Shown in pieces: positions 1-8,183 of a DNA stretch of 64,000 bases (its first letter is position 1; each line of letters opens with the position of its first letter). Both the position numbers and the translations under genes were made by a program. The stretch is from Anaerolineales bacterium (GTDB taxonomy: Bacteria; Chloroflexota; Anaerolineae; Anaerolineales; UBA11579), in assembly GCA_040902205.1 (NCBI GenBank), contig JBBDXR010000028.1, forward strand, positions 7,390-71,389, read 5' to 3'. The notes under the pieces are model-generated. The model saw nothing but the letters and a program-made list of their open reading frames with translations, did not search any database and was not told the DNA's origin.

Positions 1-410
1 GCGGCATCGCCTTGCGAGTGCTGGTTGTGGGCGCCGACGTGCAAGGCGCCGTGTTATACGGCTCGATGAGCGGCGACGAGCGGCGCAATTTCGAGCACAT
101 CCGCGATGTGCTCTCCGAGGGCGCGCGCGGCAACGAGGAACTGACCACGCCCGAAGAGGTGCTGCGGCTGATCTCGCCGATCAACTATTACGAGCGCATC
201 CAGGTACCGGTCAGCATCCATCACGGCGACATCGACGACGTGGTGCCGCTGGCCTGGTCGCTGGAATTGTGCGAGCTGCTGCAAGAATTAGGGAAACAAG
301 TGGAGTGCTTCACCTATCACAATATGCCGCATACGTTCTACGGGCTCAACGATGAGCTGCTGCTGCAGCGCTCGATCGAATTCTTTCAGCGGTACACTGC
401 GGGGGAATAA
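1..410 (+). CDS. alpha/beta hydrolase, C-terminal fragment (S9 peptidase / dienelactone-hydrolase-like); 5' end lies outside the window
   Basis: The reading frame is open to the left edge. ...QVPVSIHHGDIDDVVP... and ...HNMPHTF resemble the Asp/His end of the catalytic triad region of this fold. Confidence 0.6.
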   Translation, partial: GIALRVLVVGADVQGAVLYGSMSGDERRNFEHIRDVLSEGARGNEELTTPEEVLRLISPINYYERIQVPVSIHHGDIDDVVPLAWSLELCELLQELGKQVECFTYHNMPHTFYGLNDELLLQRSIEFFQRYTAGE

Positions 411-411
411 G

Positions 412-984
412 ATGCTGTTTCGCGAACCTTTCCTCGAGGGCGTGCGGGCTGGCACGCTGTCCACCGCCTTCCGGCGTTGGACGCAGCCGCGGGTTAAGGT
501 AGGGACGCGCATGCGCACTCCCATCGGTGTGGTGGAAGTATTGTCGGTGCAAGCCATCATGGAGATCGAGATCACCAGCACGGATGCGGCGCGCGCCGGC
601 TATGCCAGCCGCGCCGAATTGCAGCAGGACCTGAGTCCGATCTCGGAGGGCCAACTGTACCGCGTGGTACTGAAATACGGCGGGGAGGACCCGCGCATCC
701 AATTGCGCGAAGCCGCTGACCTTAGCGTCGAGGACTTCGCCGCCATCCAGAAGAAGCTCAAGGGCTACGAGCGCGAAGGCGCCTGGACGCGCAAGGTGCT
801 GAAGCTGATCGCCAAGAACGAGAACGTACTGGCATCCAAGCTGGCTAAGAAAATGGGCATGGAGAAATACGCCTTCAAACGCAGAGTTTGGCAGCTGAAG
901 GAGCTAGGGCTGACGAAAAGTCTGGACATCGGTTACCGGCTTTCGCCGCGCGGCCGGGCCTACCTCGAATGGCTGGAGTCTTAG
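412..984 (+). CDS. ASCH-like domain protein with C-terminal winged-helix-like region
   Basis: The ATG at 412 sits directly after the upstream stop. The N-terminal REPFLEGVRAGTLSTAFRRW...VGTRM pattern looks ASCH-like, and the C-terminal K/R-rich helical part looks wHTH-like. Called by eye only. Confidence 0.45.
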   Translation: MLFREPFLEGVRAGTLSTAFRRWTQPRVKVGTRMRTPIGVVEVLSVQAIMEIEITSTDAARAGYASRAELQQDLSPISEGQLYRVVLKYGGEDPRIQLREAADLSVEDFAAIQKKLKGYEREGAWTRKVLKLIAKNENVLASKLAKKMGMEKYAFKRRVWQLKELGLTKSLDIGYRLSPRGRAYLEWLES

Positions 985-1535
985 ACCAGATCCACGATCT
1001 CGGCGCGCGCCTTGCCATCCTGCAGGTGCAGGAGCGCCTCAGTGGGCAGCCTGCCCGGGATGATCTGGCAGCAGGCCGAGCCGGGATTGACCACCAAGAC
1101 CCCAGCTACTTCTTTGACCATCGGTTCGTGGTTGTGGCCGAACACGAGCACGTCCACGTCCGGCATCAACGAGATGGCACGCTGCATGAAATAGTCGAAG
1201 GATTGCGGCCCGCGCAGCAAGAAGCGCACTTTGTCGCGCAGATAGGCCGCCCAGCTGCCGTGCCCGTGGGTCAGCCCGATGCGTGCCCCTGCGACGGTCA
1301 GGCGGCGGTGGTAAGGCAGATCGTGGAATCCGAACCAGTCGCGGTTGCCGCGCACAGCCAGCACGGGGGCCACGGTCTCCAGTTCGGCAAGCACGCGCGG
1401 GACGGCAATATCCCCGGCGTGCAGGATGGCGCTGACCCGAGCGCGTTCGAAGATGGAAAGTGCCTGCGGGTGCAGCCGAGGGCTGCGGTCGGGGACGTGA
1501 GTGTCGGCGATCAGGCCGAGAGTCTCGGCCATCAA
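981..1535 (-). CDS. metallophosphoesterase (YfcE/MJ0936 family)
   Basis: Motifs GLIADTHVPDR, HAGD, GNRD and GHGH/GHNH are typical of calcineurin-like phosphoesterases. It overlaps neighbouring genes by 4 nt at both ends. Confidence 0.8.
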   Translation of the reverse strand: MMAETLGLIADTHVPDRSPRLHPQALSIFERARVSAILHAGDIAVPRVLAELETVAPVLAVRGNRDWFGFHDLPYHRRLTVAGARIGLTHGHGSWAAYLRDKVRFLLRGPQSFDYFMQRAISLMPDVDVLVFGHNHEPMVKEVAGVLVVNPGSACCQIIPGRLPTEALLHLQDGKARAEIVDLV

Positions 1536-2125
1536 GGTTCCAGCAGAACTTGCAGCTCAGCCAGGGCTTGCTGGCGGGAGGCGAAGAGGATGCCGTGCAT
1601 GCCGGCCTGCCTGGCGGCCTCGATGTTGGCCGGCACGTCGTCGATGAAGACCGCAGCGGCCGGGGCCACGTCCAGTTGGCGCAAGGCGTGGGCGTAGATG
1701 GCCGGGTCGGGTTTCATCATCTTCACTTCGGCGGAGATGACCAGCGTGGTGAAGGCATCGGTGAATTTCCATTCCTCGACCCAGCTGCGCAGGTCGTCGA
1801 AGGCATTGCTGAGCAGGCCGGTTTTATAGCGGGCCTTCAGCTTACGGATGGCGGTCACCAATTCCCGGTCAATCAGGTCACCTCGAAAGAAATCGGCGAT
1901 GAAAGCCTGTGGGGTCATTCCGTATCGGGCGCTGGTGGCGGCCCAGAACTCCCCGGCACTGATCTGGCCCAACTGGGCGCGGTTGCTGTGGTCGCTGGAA
2001 AACACCTGTGTGGCCAGGTCGGCGTAGCTAAGTCCCAGGCGCGCGGCCAACTTTGCGCGCGGCGTCTGATCGTCAGTGCGCATGATGACGCCGCCCATGT
2101 CGAAGAGGATGGCTTGAATGGTCAT
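1532..2125 (-). CDS. HAD-superfamily hydrolase
   Basis: It has the N-terminal ILFDMGGVIM (DxG) motif and a later FIDD motif. Confidence 0.85.
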   Translation of the reverse strand: MTIQAILFDMGGVIMRTDDQTPRAKLAARLGLSYADLATQVFSSDHSNRAQLGQISAGEFWAATSARYGMTPQAFIADFFRGDLIDRELVTAIRKLKARYKTGLLSNAFDDLRSWVEEWKFTDAFTTLVISAEVKMMKPDPAIYAHALRQLDVAPAAAVFIDDVPANIEAARQAGMHGILFASRQQALAELQVLLEP

Positions 2126-2243
2126 GGGCAGTAGACAGTTGACAGTAGGCAGTTGACAGTATCAAGCGGATGGCGCACGAGGCAGATTGTACCGTTGGGG
2201 AGGAGCGTGAAGAAATGCAGCTGCGCTTCTACGTCTCTACTTT

Positions 2244-2389
2244 GTCATTCCGAGTGAGGGCGCTTAGCGCCGCCTTTAGCGGCGCTGCCCGACGAGGAAT
2301 TCCTGATGCGCTTCTTTTTCCAGTGAGATGACTGGAACAAGGATCTCCACAGGAATTTCTCGTCGGCCTTCGGCCTCGCCCGAAATGAC
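2244..2389. repeat. MITE-like imperfect palindromic element
   Basis: The termini gtcattccgag... and ...cccgaaatgac are imperfect inverted repeats. Internal arms cgacgaggaattcctg / caggaatttctcgtcg are also inverted. The element is intergenic. Confidence 0.4.
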
Positions 2390-2406
2390 AAGAAAAGGCA
2401 CAACAC

Positions 2407-2437
2407 AAAAACGCCCGCTGTCGGGGCGGGCGTTTTT
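2407..2437 (-). terminator. rho-independent terminator (bidirectional shape) downstream of the GNAT gene
   Basis: The stem acgcccgc (2411-2418) pairs with gcgggcgt (2426-2433). It is flanked by an A-run and a T-run. Confidence 0.7.
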
Positions 2438-2455
2438 GCGTTACGTCTGGCTCTC

Positions 2456-3484
2456 TTACTGATCAAGATCGGTGGTCATCAACTCCTTTCCAGGTCTTAG
2501 CTCTTTCTCGTAGCGATCATATTGCCGCGCCACGTACATGCCGGCATTCTCGTAAAGGCGCAGGGCGCCGGTAAGGTTACTGGCATCCACGCCCAGGCCC
2601 ACTTTCTTTTTGCCCATCCTGGCAAAGTGGGCGAAGGTGTGCAGCAGCAAAGCCTTGCCCAGGCCGCGCTTACGCCAGGCACGCCGCACGCCCAGCAGGG
2701 CGAGCCAACCCATGTCGGGGTCTTCGCTGGAGACCGGGTAGCACAGCGATATGCCGGCCAGCTCGGCGCCTTCCCAGGCCAGGAACATCAGCTGCGGGTC
2801 ATACAGCTCATCCTCGATGAACATGTGGCGGAAGCGCTTCAGCCCGACCTCGAGCGGCCGCGCAACGTGGCCAAAGTGATCGGAGAAGGATTCGTCGTAG
2901 GCCCGGTAGGCGGCTTCCAGATGGCGCTCTTCTACGAAAGGCCGCAGCTCGATGCCCGCAGGCCAGACCGGCGGCGCCAGGTTCCCCTCCAGTTTCACGT
3001 GCATGATGAAACTGTGCCGGATCACCTTGTAGTCGCGGCTCTGCAGCAAACCCCCCAGCGCTTCGGTGTTGGCCGGCGTGAAGGTCTGGACGGATACGCG
3101 CAGGTCCGCCGGGGTACGTTCCACCGCCAACCGGCCGCGCTCGTCGAGCCAATCCAATAGGGGTTCGGCGACGCCTTTGTCCAGGTAGTCCGGGTGCACG
3201 CGCAGCCAGGAAAAGGGATGCACGGGCGGCTCATCGGTCAGGGGAAATTCGGCGTAGCCCACCACTTCGCCCGCGGCATTAAGCGCCAGACGCAGATCCT
3301 CCTCTAGCTTTAACCCCGGCGAGGTCCAGAAGCTGGTCAGCTCGAGCCGATCGACCTCCTCGACGCCCATGAAGCGCTGCGAGAAGGCGGACAGCAACTT
3401 GAGCACGGCGTCCATATCTTCCATGCGCACCGGGCGCAGGGTGTAGGGCTGCATTTGCATGGTTTGTTTCTCTTTGACTAACAT
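2456..3484 (-). CDS. tandem GNAT N-acetyltransferase (mycothiol-synthase-like two-domain architecture)
   Basis: There are two GNAT-like halves; the second carries the acetyl-CoA motif VRRAWRKRGLGKALL. The start is set at ATG 3484 (MLVKEKQ). The track ORF extends to 3550, where it overlaps the upstream gene. Confidence 0.8.
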   Translation of the reverse strand: MLVKEKQTMQMQPYTLRPVRMEDMDAVLKLLSAFSQRFMGVEEVDRLELTSFWTSPGLKLEEDLRLALNAAGEVVGYAEFPLTDEPPVHPFSWLRVHPDYLDKGVAEPLLDWLDERGRLAVERTPADLRVSVQTFTPANTEALGGLLQSRDYKVIRHSFIMHVKLEGNLAPPVWPAGIELRPFVEERHLEAAYRAYDESFSDHFGHVARPLEVGLKRFRHMFIEDELYDPQLMFLAWEGAELAGISLCYPVSSEDPDMGWLALLGVRRAWRKRGLGKALLLHTFAHFARMGKKKVGLGVDASNLTGALRLYENAGMYVARQYDRYEKELRPGKELMTTDLDQ

Positions 3485-3509
3485 AGCTGTTCTCCTAGTC
3501 CGTTTCATT

Positions 3510-3959
3510 TCACTGCAATTCGCCTGCGCCGACGGCCTGGTCGGCCTCAAAGTACGCGGCCGGGCCGGCAGCGTGTTCGCTAGCCAGCTGCCGGATGCGG
3601 CCCTGGTTGAAGGACTGCAGCGCCTGCTGAAGCGCGACGCGCCATTCCGGCAGGGTGAAGGTGAGGCTGTGATAGACGCGGCGGATGGATCCCTGCGCGT
3701 CTAGCTGGTCCACCCAGTACACCCGGCTGGTGCAGGCCGGCAAGCCGTTGATCTCCACGATCAGCACCTGGCGGTGCGGGTCGTGGCCGGGCTCGGCGTA
3801 GCTGCGTGCCAGGTCGGCGGCAGAGCATACGGGGCCGCCGGCTAGCTTCATCAGGTAGGCCATGATGGCAAAATCGCCCTGGCCGCGGAAGCCACGGAAC
3901 AGCACGCCTGTAGCCTGGGCGCTGATCCTATTCGTGGTGTGTAACTTTCGGTTCAACAT
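3510..3959 (-). CDS. hypothetical protein, possibly a GNAT-fold accessory domain
   Basis: Coding-like composition. ATG at 3959 is preceded by aagga. No diagnostic motif was recognised. Confidence 0.4.
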   Translation of the reverse strand: MLNRKLHTTNRISAQATGVLFRGFRGQGDFAIMAYLMKLAGGPVCSAADLARSYAEPGHDPHRQVLIVEINGLPACTSRVYWVDQLDAQGSIRRVYHSLTFTLPEWRVALQQALQSFNQGRIRQLASEHAAGPAAYFEADQAVGAGELQ

Positions 3960-4040
3960 CTCAACATCCTTATGCGTTGCAAACAAAAACGGCCGGGGCG
4001 ATTGCCGCGACCGTTTGCATTGCAGGGAAAGCGCTGCTTA

Positions 4041-4075
4041 AACAAAACGGCCGCGGGCTTCTGCGCCGCGGCCGT
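4041..4075 (-). terminator. rho-independent terminator following a small ORF
   Basis: A perfect 10-bp stem (4047-4056 / 4066-4075) is followed on the minus strand by ttttgttt. Confidence 0.6.
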
Positions 4076-4093
4076 CGATAGATGTTGGGGGAC

Positions 4094-4189
4094 CTAGAGA
4101 CTGGCGGTAGGCGCAGTGCGCGAAGGCGTGGCAACGAAACCGGCGAGGCCGGGTTGTTGCGTCCGCTTGATGGTGGCTTCAATCATCAT
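4094..4189 (-). CDS. candidate small ORF (31 aa, MMIEATIKRTQQPGLAGFVATPSRTAPTASL)
   Basis: aggag lies 11 nt upstream of ATGATG. A TTGACA box lies further upstream. Third codon positions are G/C-biased. A strong terminator follows directly. The ORF is below the size cutoff of the ORF track. Confidence 0.3.
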   Translation of the reverse strand: MMIEATIKRTQQPGLAGFVATPSRTAPTASL

Positions 4190-4342
4190 TACGCGTTGCT
4201 CTCCTAAGTTGCTAGCTTACTATGCCTGCTCTGATCTTGTCAAGTTCCAATTTCATACGTGATCATTAGGCATAAAGCCAGTATTCATATATACGGGTCA
4301 GCGACATTCAGGTTGCTGCCCGGCTTATAATTCCATCGCCCT

Positions 4343-4741
4343 ATGATCCCTGCGCGTACTCCATCCCCGCTGGCGTTCCTGCCGACCACGGTGCTGTTCC
4401 TATTGGTAGGTTGGGGGGGGCTGGCCCTGCTGCTGAACACCACCGAACCTACGCTATGGCCGCGCTGGCTATTCTTCTTCCTCGTGGTGGTGGCCTTCAC
4501 GGGCGTGGCGCTGCCGGTAGCCGCTTTCCTCAACCATCGCTTCCCGGGCGAGCCGCCGGCCACAGTGCGCGTCATCCTGCGCCAGGCGCTATGGGCCGGC
4601 GTGTATGCCGGCACCCTGTCCTGGCTGCGCATTGGCGGGGTGCTGAATGCCGCCCTGGCGCTCATCCTGGCGGCGGCCTTTGCCGCCATCGAATGGTTCC
4701 TGCGCCTGCGCGAGAGAGCGCGCTGGAATCCAAGTGACTGA
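4343..4741 (+). CDS. integral membrane protein (about 4 TM), unknown function
   Basis: Four hydrophobic stretches; coding-like composition. Confidence 0.6.
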   Translation: MIPARTPSPLAFLPTTVLFLLVGWGGLALLLNTTEPTLWPRWLFFFLVVVAFTGVALPVAAFLNHRFPGEPPATVRVILRQALWAGVYAGTLSWLRIGGVLNAALALILAAAFAAIEWFLRLRERARWNPSD

Positions 4742-4792
4742 TGCGCGTCCCCGGCTAATCGGTTAATCAATCCCAGACTAAGGAATTCGTTC

Positions 4793-6028
4793 ATGAAAAC
4801 TGACTTACCCGCCCTGATGGAGAATGACAATCTCGACACACTGGTGGTATTTGGCGACGCGTTGCACAACCCCGCCATGGTGTATTTCAGCGGCGTAGCG
4901 CACGTCACCGAGGCGCTGCTGGTGCTGAAGCGCGGCGGTGAGCCCGTGCTCTTCTGCCACAACATGGAACGCGATGAAGCCGCCGCCACGGGACTGGCCA
5001 CGCGCAGCCTGACGGATTACAACTTCCCTGCGATCGTCAGGGAATGCAACGGCGATTATGCCTTTGCCCGCGCCCGCCTATTCCAGTGCATGCTCACGGA
5101 TGCCGGGGTGACCGGCGGCCGGGTGGCGGTTTACGGCCGGCAGGAACTAGGCGCCGGCTACCGCCTGCTGGAGGGTATCGCCGAGCTCATGCCCGGCATC
5201 GAATTGGTGGGCGAGGCGCAGAATTCGGTGGTGCTGCAGGCGCGGGCGACCAAGGACGCGGCCGAGATCGAGCGCTTGCGCCGCATCCAAAAGCAGACCA
5301 CCGAAGTGGTGGGCCAGGTGGCCGATACTTTGAGCCACCTGAAGGCCAAAGACGGCGCGCTGTTAGATAAGGATGGAGAACCGGTCACTGTGGGCCGCGT
5401 GAAGGCCAAGATCAACCTGTGGCTGGCGGAGCGCGGGCTGGATAACCCGCACGGCACCATTTTTGCGCCCGGCGCCGAGGGCGGCGTGCCGCACAGCATG
5501 GGCAGCGCGGATGCCGTGCTGCGCGTTGGAGAGCCCATCGTGTTCGACATTTTCCCGGTGGAGGCGGGCGGCGGCTTCTGGGCGGACTTTACCCGCACCT
5601 GGTGCGTGGGCCACGCCAGCGATGCGGCCCAGAAGCTCTACGAGGACGTGCGTTACGCCTACGAAACGATCATGTCCGAGTTGAAGGCCGACGAACCCTG
5701 CGCTTCTTTCCAGAAGCGCGTGTGCGAGATCTTTAAACAGCGCGGCCACCCCACGGTGGGCGACGACCCCACCACCAAGGTGGGCTATGTGCATTCGCTG
5801 GCGCATGGGCTGGGGCTGGACGTGCACGAGTCGCCCAGCTTCTACCCCATCAGCAAAGATGTGTTGCGCCGCGGCATGGTGGTGACGGTGGAGCCGGGGT
5901 TGTATTACCCCGAACGTGGCCTGGGCATGCGCATCGAGGACGCGGTGTATATGCATCCCGACAGCGGCAAGCCGGAGATCCTGGCGCCCTACCCGCTCGA
6001 TCTGGTGATCCCGCTGAAGGGCAGCTAG
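4793..6028 (+). CDS. M24-family Xaa-Pro peptidase
   Basis: HSLAHGLGLDVHESP and VEPGLY...GMRIED metal-ligand motifs of the pita-bread fold. Confidence 0.85.
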   Translation: MKTDLPALMENDNLDTLVVFGDALHNPAMVYFSGVAHVTEALLVLKRGGEPVLFCHNMERDEAAATGLATRSLTDYNFPAIVRECNGDYAFARARLFQCMLTDAGVTGGRVAVYGRQELGAGYRLLEGIAELMPGIELVGEAQNSVVLQARATKDAAEIERLRRIQKQTTEVVGQVADTLSHLKAKDGALLDKDGEPVTVGRVKAKINLWLAERGLDNPHGTIFAPGAEGGVPHSMGSADAVLRVGEPIVFDIFPVEAGGGFWADFTRTWCVGHASDAAQKLYEDVRYAYETIMSELKADEPCASFQKRVCEIFKQRGHPTVGDDPTTKVGYVHSLAHGLGLDVHESPSFYPISKDVLRRGMVVTVEPGLYYPERGLGMRIEDAVYMHPDSGKPEILAPYPLDLVIPLKGS

Positions 6029-6062
6029 CCTTCGGAACTAAACGCGAACCAAAGGAGCAAGC

Positions 6063-6878
6063 ATGTCCCGAATTTCCTACGTTATTTGCCTCGCCCTCAT
6101 CCTGGCGGCCTGCGGCGCGCCCACAGCGGACACAGATGAGGTTGCGACGCGCGTCGCTGCCACACTGCAAGCGGCGGCCAGCGCCGCCGCGGCGCTGCCT
6201 TCCGCAACCATGCAACCAAGCCCCACCGTGGCCCTGCCTACATTCACGCCGACCTCGCAGCCCAGCAGCACGCCCGAGCAAGGCCGCTTGAGCTTTTCGA
6301 CCGGCGCCACGCAGGGGGTGGTCAGCGATCGCGTGGAAGCCAATCAAGTCGTTGCGTACATGGCCCGCGCGGCGCAAGGACAGGTGATGATCCTGACCCT
6401 CTCGAACGGCAATGCCGTTCTCGAGGTCATCGGCGCGGATGGCGCCACGCTGCTGGCGCGCTCCACGCGCTACACCTCGTTCCGCAGCGTGCTGCCGAAG
6501 ACGCAGGACTATTCCATTCGCGTTGTGGGCGGCAATACCGCGCAGGACTTCACGCTTAGCGTGGTTTTCGCGGTGCCGGTGGCCTTTGGCTCCGGCCAGG
6601 ATAGCGTCACCTACGAAGGCCAAACCGTGGGCGGTTACCCGGTGACCTACGCGCTCTTCATCCGCGAGAACGATGACCTGCACGTGCGGCTGAACACGAA
6701 TTCCAGCGACGCGGCGCTCACCATCTGGGGCTTCGACGATGGCACGCCGTATGCCCGCGCCCAGAACGGCGTCACGGACTTCAGCCTGGATGTGCCCGAG
6801 ACGCAGTACTACATCATTGAAGTCGTCCCGCAGGGCGGCCGCGTGATCGCGTTCGAAGTGGAGATCGAGGTCGACTAG
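6063..6878 (+). CDS. lipoprotein, unknown function
   Basis: Signal peptide with lipobox ...LILAAC. Followed by an Ala/Pro/Thr-rich linker and a beta-rich domain. Confidence 0.6.
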   Translation: MSRISYVICLALILAACGAPTADTDEVATRVAATLQAAASAAAALPSATMQPSPTVALPTFTPTSQPSSTPEQGRLSFSTGATQGVVSDRVEANQVVAYMARAAQGQVMILTLSNGNAVLEVIGADGATLLARSTRYTSFRSVLPKTQDYSIRVVGGNTAQDFTLSVVFAVPVAFGSGQDSVTYEGQTVGGYPVTYALFIRENDDLHVRLNTNSSDAALTIWGFDDGTPYARAQNGVTDFSLDVPETQYYIIEVVPQGGRVIAFEVEIEVD

Positions 6879-6954
6879 CGCGATTGAACTCAGCGCAGCG
6901 TACGGCAGGCGGGATCTAAAAGCGCCTGCCAGGCTGCAAGCCTTCTACTTCTAA

Positions 6955-7716
6955 ATGAACGCACTGCCCACCCTGGATGCGCACGCCCACCTCGACCCGG
7001 CCCGGCCGCGGCAGGACTTTTCGGCGTGCGGCGCAGCGCTGGCGATGACCTTCTCGCTCGAAGGCGCGGCCCAAGCGCTGGAGCGGGATGACGAGCTGAT
7101 CGCCTGGGGCGTGGGCTGCCACCCGCGCATGCCCGCCGCCCAGCATAGCTTTGACCCCGACCGATTTCGCGAACTCAGCGCACGGGCGGCCGTTGTTGGT
7201 GAAGTCGGCCAGGATGGCACCTGGCGCGTTGGGAAGAAACTGCAATTGAGCATCTTCCGGCAGATCCTGGGCACGGTAGCTGAACAGCCGCGGCCCGTCA
7301 GTATCCACAGCGTCGGCGCCACGGGCCTCGTGCTGAAGGAGTTAGGGCGCGCTCTGATCGCCGCGCCTATTTTGCACCGCTGGACGGGAACGGCCGCCGA
7401 AACGCAGGAGGCCGTGGAGTTGGGCTGCTACTTCTCGATCCATTCGCAAACGGCGCGTCACTCCAAGTTTCGCTCCTGGGTTCCGTTGGAGCGCGTGCTC
7501 ATCGAAAGCGACCAGGGCCTCAACGACCCGCCGGCGGGAATCCCGGCGCGCATCGAATGGACCGAGCACCTGGTGGCGCAGCAGTATCAGATCGACGTGA
7601 GGGAACTGCGCGACATCGTTTGGCAGAATTTCGCGCGGATCCTCGGGGAGGCCGGCACCCGCGGGCTGCCCGGGGGGTCGGCGAGGTTGATCCAACAGGG
7701 CCTGCACGATGCTTAA
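6955..7716 (+). CDS. TatD-related metal-dependent hydrolase
   Basis: LDAHAHLD N-terminal motif, a later HSV.. motif and an ESD motif. Confidence 0.6.
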   Translation: MNALPTLDAHAHLDPARPRQDFSACGAALAMTFSLEGAAQALERDDELIAWGVGCHPRMPAAQHSFDPDRFRELSARAAVVGEVGQDGTWRVGKKLQLSIFRQILGTVAEQPRPVSIHSVGATGLVLKELGRALIAAPILHRWTGTAAETQEAVELGCYFSIHSQTARHSKFRSWVPLERVLIESDQGLNDPPAGIPARIEWTEHLVAQQYQIDVRELRDIVWQNFARILGEAGTRGLPGGSARLIQQGLHDA

Positions 7717-7750
7717 GGTGTAGAGTTGTCAGTGTACGTGAGGAGGCGCC

Positions 7751-8152
7751 ATGCCGAGTAACTTTGAGATCTTTATCGTGATCCTGGCTGGGGTGGCTGC
7801 GTTCCGGCTATTTAGGGAACAGGGCACGTGGTGGTGGGCGGCACTCCCCATCGTGGCAGGCATCGCCTTGCTTTTCGCTTCAGGCACCCTTATCGGCTTC
7901 GGCGTGCCTCTCTGGTATGGGGCCGCGTATGCCGAACAGAATCTCGAGCTTTACCTGATCGCCGCGCAGGTGGTCAGCATGGGTATCGAGCTGATGGTAC
8001 TGATCGCTTTGATCCAGATGGTGATGCTCACCAAGAAATTCATCGCCCGGCCCTGGTACTACGCCGGCTGGAGTTTCTTCTTAGGCCTGATCCTTATCGC
8101 GGCGCTATTTACGGTCACCAGCGACATCGCTGAAAACATCCGCGTCGAATAA
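7751..8152 (+). CDS. small membrane protein, unknown function
   Basis: Four hydrophobic helices. Confidence 0.55.
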   Translation: MPSNFEIFIVILAGVAAFRLFREQGTWWWAALPIVAGIALLFASGTLIGFGVPLWYGAAYAEQNLELYLIAAQVVSMGIELMVLIALIQMVMLTKKFIARPWYYAGWSFFLGLILIAALFTVTSDIAENIRVE

Positions 8153-8156
8153 AAGA

Positions 8157-8174
8157 GGGCGGGGAGACCCGCCC
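8157..8174. terminator. GC hairpin between convergent genes
   Basis: gggcggg-gaga-cccgccc, flanked by aaaa on one side and a weak T-tract on the other. Confidence 0.5.
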
Positions 8175-8183
8175 CTACATTTG

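Noticed and set aside
3970-4182. 70-aa minus-strand ORF (MKPPSSGRNN...)
   Set aside because: It has a non-ATG start and no SD, and it runs straight through two terminator hairpins. The shorter 31-codon frame with an SD is the better candidate, if anything is translated here.
4285-5001. 238-aa minus-strand ORF
   Set aside because: It is antisense to both the membrane protein gene and the start of the M24 peptidase gene. It is rich in Ser/Arg/Ala and has no family signal.
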